DNA of 64,000 bases from Scenedesmus sp. PABB004 (taxonomy: Eukaryota), in contig CM026547.1 of the NCBI GenBank assembly GCA_014905635.1, forward strand, positions 1,302,001-1,366,000. The letters are read 5' to 3'. This document shows, in pieces, positions 59,878 to 64,000 of this stretch. A program made the position numbers and the translations under genes. The notes beneath the pieces were generated by a model, which worked only from the letters and a program-made list of their open reading frames with translations, was not told where the DNA came from and made no database searches. The stretch's first letter is position 1; every line of letters begins with the position of its first letter.

Positions 59878-61288
59878 ATGCAGCGCGCGCAGCTGCGTGC
59901 CGGCGCCAGTAGACCCAGCACGCCCGGCGCGCCGCAGCCGCCGCTGCGCCGCCGGCGCGCGGTGGCACGGCCGCCACGGGCGGCGGGCGAGCAGCGCCAG
60001 CCAGAGGACGGCGCCGCGCCAGCGACCGCGCCGCAGCCGCAGCAGCCGCCGGGCGGCGGCCTGCCCTCCAGCCCGACAGACGCGATTGTGTGGGGCGGGC
60101 GGCTGCCGAGCAGGCGGCGCGCCACCGTGGGCCTCGCGACTGCCGCGGGCATCGGTGCGCAGCGCGCGGCGCGCGGCGCGGCGCGCCGCCCAGAGCTGCA
60201 GGGGCCCCACGCCCGCCCGCGCCGCCCGCGCCGCCCGCGCCGCCCGCGCCGCCCGCGCCGCCCGCGCCGCCCGCGCCGCCGCGCCCCGCAGCGCTGGGCG
60301 GCAACCTCGGCGGCGTGACGAGCTGGCTGCTCGGCCTCGACGGCGGCCGCCTCGCGGCGCGGCTGCACGCCGACGTGCTGGTCCCCGTGCGCGGCTTCAA
60401 GCGCTGCCTCGACGCGGCCAACGGCTTCGGTGCGCGCGCCGCAGCCGCGCCCGCGCCGCAGCGCCCGCGCCGCAGCGCCCCGCCCACACGCCTCGCGCCC
60501 CGCCCTGTGGCCCCGCCGGCCCCGCCGCCCAGAGTTTGTCTACCCCGCCGCCTGGCTGGCCGACCAGACGCTGCTCTACCGCGCCGCGCAGCGCGCCGAG
60601 GCCGCGCGCAGCCTCGACCCGCAGCCGCTGCGGCGCCCGGCGCGGCGCGCGCGCGAGGTCGTGGAGCCGGTCGCCGCGTTTGGGCCGCCCGGGAGCAGCG
60701 GCGAGGAGAACGTGAGCGTCATCGTCGCGCCCATCTACGCCGGCTTTGAGCTGCAGTCGCTCGGCCCGCCCGCCGGCGCGGCGCAGGCGTTCCTCGACAC
60801 CATCGCCGCGCCGCCCCGCGGCGACAAGGCCGCCGCGCTGCTCGCCGCGGCGCAGCGGTGCGCGCGCGCGCGCCGGCGGCGGCGCGGCCGGCCGCCCTGC
60901 GCGGGGCGGCGCGGCGGCCGTGTCCCACCCGCGCGCCGCGCGCGCCCTGCGCCAGGCGCGACGCCAGCGGTGTGCTGTACTACACCTTTGAGTTCACGAT
61001 CGCCAAGGCCGGCGCGTTTGACCGCCACAACGTCGCGGTGCGGGGCGCGGCCGCGCGCCGCTGGCGGCTCGCCGGCGCCCGGGTCGCGCGCGCCGAGCCC
61101 ATCGCGCGCCGAGCCCGCCCCCGCGCGCCCGCCAGGTGCTGGCCAGCCGGGGCGACCTGCTGTACACGCTCACCGCGCAGTGCCCGGCGTCGCGCTGGGC
61201 GGCGGACGGACCGGCGCTGCGCGCGGCGGCGGAGAGCTTCGCCCTCACGCCCCGCACCCCGGGCGCGTTCCCGGCCGCCCTGGCGTAG
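59878..61288 (+). CDS. PPD7: PsbP domain-containing protein 7, thylakoid (5 exons)
   Basis: ALGGNLGGVTSWLLG, DVLVPVRGFKRC, FEFVYPAAWLADQTLLYR, VAAFGPPGSSGEENVSVIVAPI, YYTFEF, RHNVAV, LYTLTAQCP..RW. Confidence 0.9.
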
Positions 61289-61488
61289 CGGGCGGCCGAC
61301 GGGCGCCTGCGGTCGCGGCGGCGTGTGAGCGCTGCGCCCCGCCCGCTGCGCCCCGCCGCGCCGCGACCGCCGCCGCTCTCGGTCCGGCCTCCACCCGTGC
61401 GTCGCCCACTCTCGAGCCCGCCGCCCCACGCCCCTCGGCCGCGCGCCCCTCTCGCGTTTCGCAGCAGCAGCACATCGATCTCCACCCG

Positions 61489-63028
61489 ATGGCGCTCGCC
61501 TTCCGCGCCGTGCGCGCCTCCGGCAGCGCTTCCGTGGGCCGTCAGGCCTCCAGGTGCGCCCCGCGATTGCCGGCGCGGCGCCGCGGCCGCGCGGCAGCGA
61601 GGGCCCACCGCCACACGCCCGCAGGCCGCGCGTGAGCCGTGCCGCGGTGGTCGTGCGCGCCGCCAAGGTGCGCTGGGCGCCAATGTGGGGCGGCCGGGCG
61701 ACCCGGATCGGCGCGCCACGAACGCGCGGCAGCGGGCGCAGCAGGCGCCGGCCAGACCAGGTCGGCAGGCCGCGGAGCGCGGGGGCACGCTCATTGCCGG
61801 CGCCCCGGGCCCCCTGATCGCCCCGGGCCCGTGGCCGGCGGGCGGCAGCAGGGCGGCGCGGCGGGATCGGGGCGCGCGGTCGGCGCGGCAGCGGCAGCTG
61901 CGTGCCCACGCCCCGCCGCCGACGCGCGTGGCGCTTGCTGCCGCCGCCCCCGCAGCCCGACGCGACCGCCTCCCGCCGCGAGGCCGTGGCGGCGGCCGTG
62001 TTTGCCGGCGTCCTGGCGCAGGTCGCGCCCGCGCAGGCGTTCCTCGGGTGCGCGGCGCAGGCCGCGCGGGGCGCCCGCCGCGCCCGCCCGCGCGCGTACG
62101 GCTGCACCGCACGCGGCCGGCCCCGCCCACGCACCCGCCTGCGCCGCGCGCGCAGCTTCGGCGAGGGCAAGGCGCGCGAGGAGGCGTACGTGTCCGAGAC
62201 GGTGCGGCGACGGCGCCGCCGCAGGGGGCGCGTCGCGCGCTGTGGCCGCCCGCGGCGTCGCCACGCGTGCCCCGTCGCCGCCCGCGGCGCGGCGCGCCGG
62301 CCGGCCCACGCGCGCCCGCGCGCTGCCGCCGCCCGGGCGCCGCAGACCGCCATCCTGGGCAAGGTCAACACCGTGCTGGCGCTCGACAAGGACGACCCGA
62401 CCAAGGAGGAGAGCGTCAAGGCGGTGAGCGCCAGCGCCGCCGCCCCAGCGCCGCCCCCCGCCCCCCAAAGCGCCGCGCCGGGGGCAGCGCGCGGCGGCCC
62501 GCAGCCGCCGCCGCCGCCGACGCGCGTCCGCGTCCGCGTCCGCCGCGGGCGGCGCCGCCGCAGCTGCGCAAGGACATCAACGCCTGGGTCGCCCGGTACC
62601 GCCGCGACGCGAGCTTCTCGGGCAAGCCCTCGTACGGGTGGGCCGCGCGGCGCGCCGCGCGCCGCCCAGGGGCGGCGCCGGCAGGCGCGGCCGGCGCGCG
62701 CGCCGCCCGCGAGGCGCTGCGTCCGGCGCTCACGCCGCGCGCGGCCGCGCGCCCCGGCGCCGCTGCCGCAGCAACACCTACTCCGCGCTCAACGCGCTCG
62801 CGGGGCACTACAACAGCTTTGGCGCGACCGCGCCCATCCCCAAGAAGCGCCTCGACCGCCTCTCCAAGGCGCGCGGGCGCCGGGGGCGGGGCGGGCGGCG
62901 CGGCGCCGCCGCCCGCGCGGTCCGCCCGCCCGCCGGCGCGCGGCTCAGTGCGCCGCCCGCCGCGCGCCGCCCCGCCCGCCGCGCAGGAGCTGGGCGACGC
63001 CGAGCTGCTGCTGGCGCGCGGCCGCTGA
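61489..63028 (+). CDS. PSB27: Photosystem II repair/assembly protein Psb27 (8 exons)
   Basis: SRREAVAAAVF..APAQA Tat-type lumen signal; LRKDINAWVARYRR, GKPSYGNTYSALNALAGHYNSFGATAPIPKKRLDRL..EL..AELLLARGR. Confidence 0.94.
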
Positions 63029-63386
63029 GCGGCGGCGGCGCCGCGCGGGCGGCCCTGCCGGGGGGGCCGGGCGGGGCGGCGGCGACGCAGCGGACCGCGC
63101 GCGCGAATGCTGCAATCGATCGCATGACGCATGGCGCGGGGGCCCAAATTTTGGCGCCGGAGGCGAACAAGTCGTAAAGCAACCTGATCACCTCTCGCCG
63201 AGCGCGGCAGCAGAGGTTCTGGCACGCCGCGCGCCCTTGCCGCCGCTGCTGCTGCCGGCGCCGCCTGCACGGCCGCACACACCACAGCCGCAGCCCCCTC
63301 CACCGCGGCGCGCGCCGTGCGCACCAAGGGGCCCCCGTCGCGAGGCAGCAGCAGCCGCCCGCGGACCATCAGCAGCAGGCTGCGCG

Positions 63387-64000
63387 ATGGCGGAGGTGGC
63401 TGCGGCCCCCGCCGCGGCCTCGCGCAAGCGCATCTCGCTGCGCCTCGACGACGGCAGCCTCATCGGCAGCGTGGAGAGCCTGCTGGGCAACGGGGGCTGC
63501 GGGACCGTGCTGCTCGGCTTTGAGGCCGCCTGCCGCACCGGGCGGGCCGGCAAGGCCGACCTGGAGCGCCTGGACAAGCTCATCTCCGCGTTCCAGGCGC
63601 GCGTGTCTGGATTCCACGCCATCCCGCGCAGCGAGCTCAAGGCGCGCAACCCGTACACCCAGGACGTGCGTGCCCGCGCGCCGCGGGGGGCCCGGGGGGA
63701 CGTGCCGGGTCCGGGGCCGGCCGCGGACGGCGCCGCGGCGCCATGCGCGGCGCCGCGGCGGCGCGGCGGCCCGACGAGCCCGCGTGCGATGCTGCTGCCG
63801 CCGCGCACGGCCGCCGCCGCCGCGGCGCAGGTGCAACGCGCGATCAAGCGCCAGCGCTCGCTCGCCAACGGCGAGGTCCCGCCCTTTGCGTCGCCCGAGC
63901 ACCTCGCGACGCCCGGCGGCGGCGGCGGCGACTTTGGCGGCAAGTGCATGGAGGTCCTGCAGCGCGTGCTCGGCGCGTGCGGGAGCATCGGCATGGTGTA
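63387..64000 (+). CDS. Hypothetical protein, 5' part (runs off the window)
   Basis: MAEVAAAPAAASRKRISLRLDDGSLIGSVESLLG...RNPYTQD, then GTGCGT...GCAG intron (63666-63830), then VQRAIKRQRSLANGEVPPF...; no family recognised. Confidence 0.65.
   Translation, partial: MAEVAAAPAAASRKRISLRLDDGSLIGSVESLLGNGGCGTVLLGFEAACRTGRAGKADLERLDKLISAFQARVSGFHAIPRSELKARNPYTQDVRARAPRGARGDVPGPGPAADGAAAPCAAPRRRGGPTSPRAMLLPPRTAAAAAAQVQRAIKRQRSLANGEVPPFASPEHLATPGGGGGDFGGKCMEVLQRVLGACGSIGMV

Overview
Eukaryotic nuclear DNA from an extremely GC-rich (roughly 80% by eye), gene-dense, intron-rich chlorophyte green alga. A Sphaeropleales/Scenedesmus-type alga is inferred from the PsbW, Psb27, PPD7 and OEP80 genes, TGTAA-type poly(A) signals and GTGCG/GTGAG...GCAG introns. 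Most long ORFs in the supplied track are GC artefacts; the real genes had to be spliced by hand. About 27 protein-coding genes are supported: dienelactone hydrolase-like (partial), TVP23, two-domain cystatin, putative mL60, aldo/keto reductase, uridine kinase/UPRT, WDR26, YAK1, DUF3598-like, UBL-WLM-PUB, Tul1/FLY RING ligase, PsbW, PRPP synthetase, an actobindin-like repeat protein, an IGPS-like protein, UBL-LRR, ICMT/PEMT-like, GBP/GBPL3-like, PheRS alpha, OEP80, a HAT/TPR protein, PPD7, Psb27 and several unknowns. No rRNA, tRNA, CRISPR or transposase was seen. Main observations: (1) about a quarter of the introns I could map (27 of ~115, manual count) use a GC donor, always after exonic AG. 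(2) The poly(A) signal appears shifted towards GGTAA. (3) An actobindin-like protein with five LxHV repeats. (4) A ~620-bp inverted duplication of the psbW upstream region bracketing psbW. (5) A CAG-TAG tandem acceptor that could switch the cystatin between one- and two-domain forms. All gene identities come from motif recognition, not database searches.
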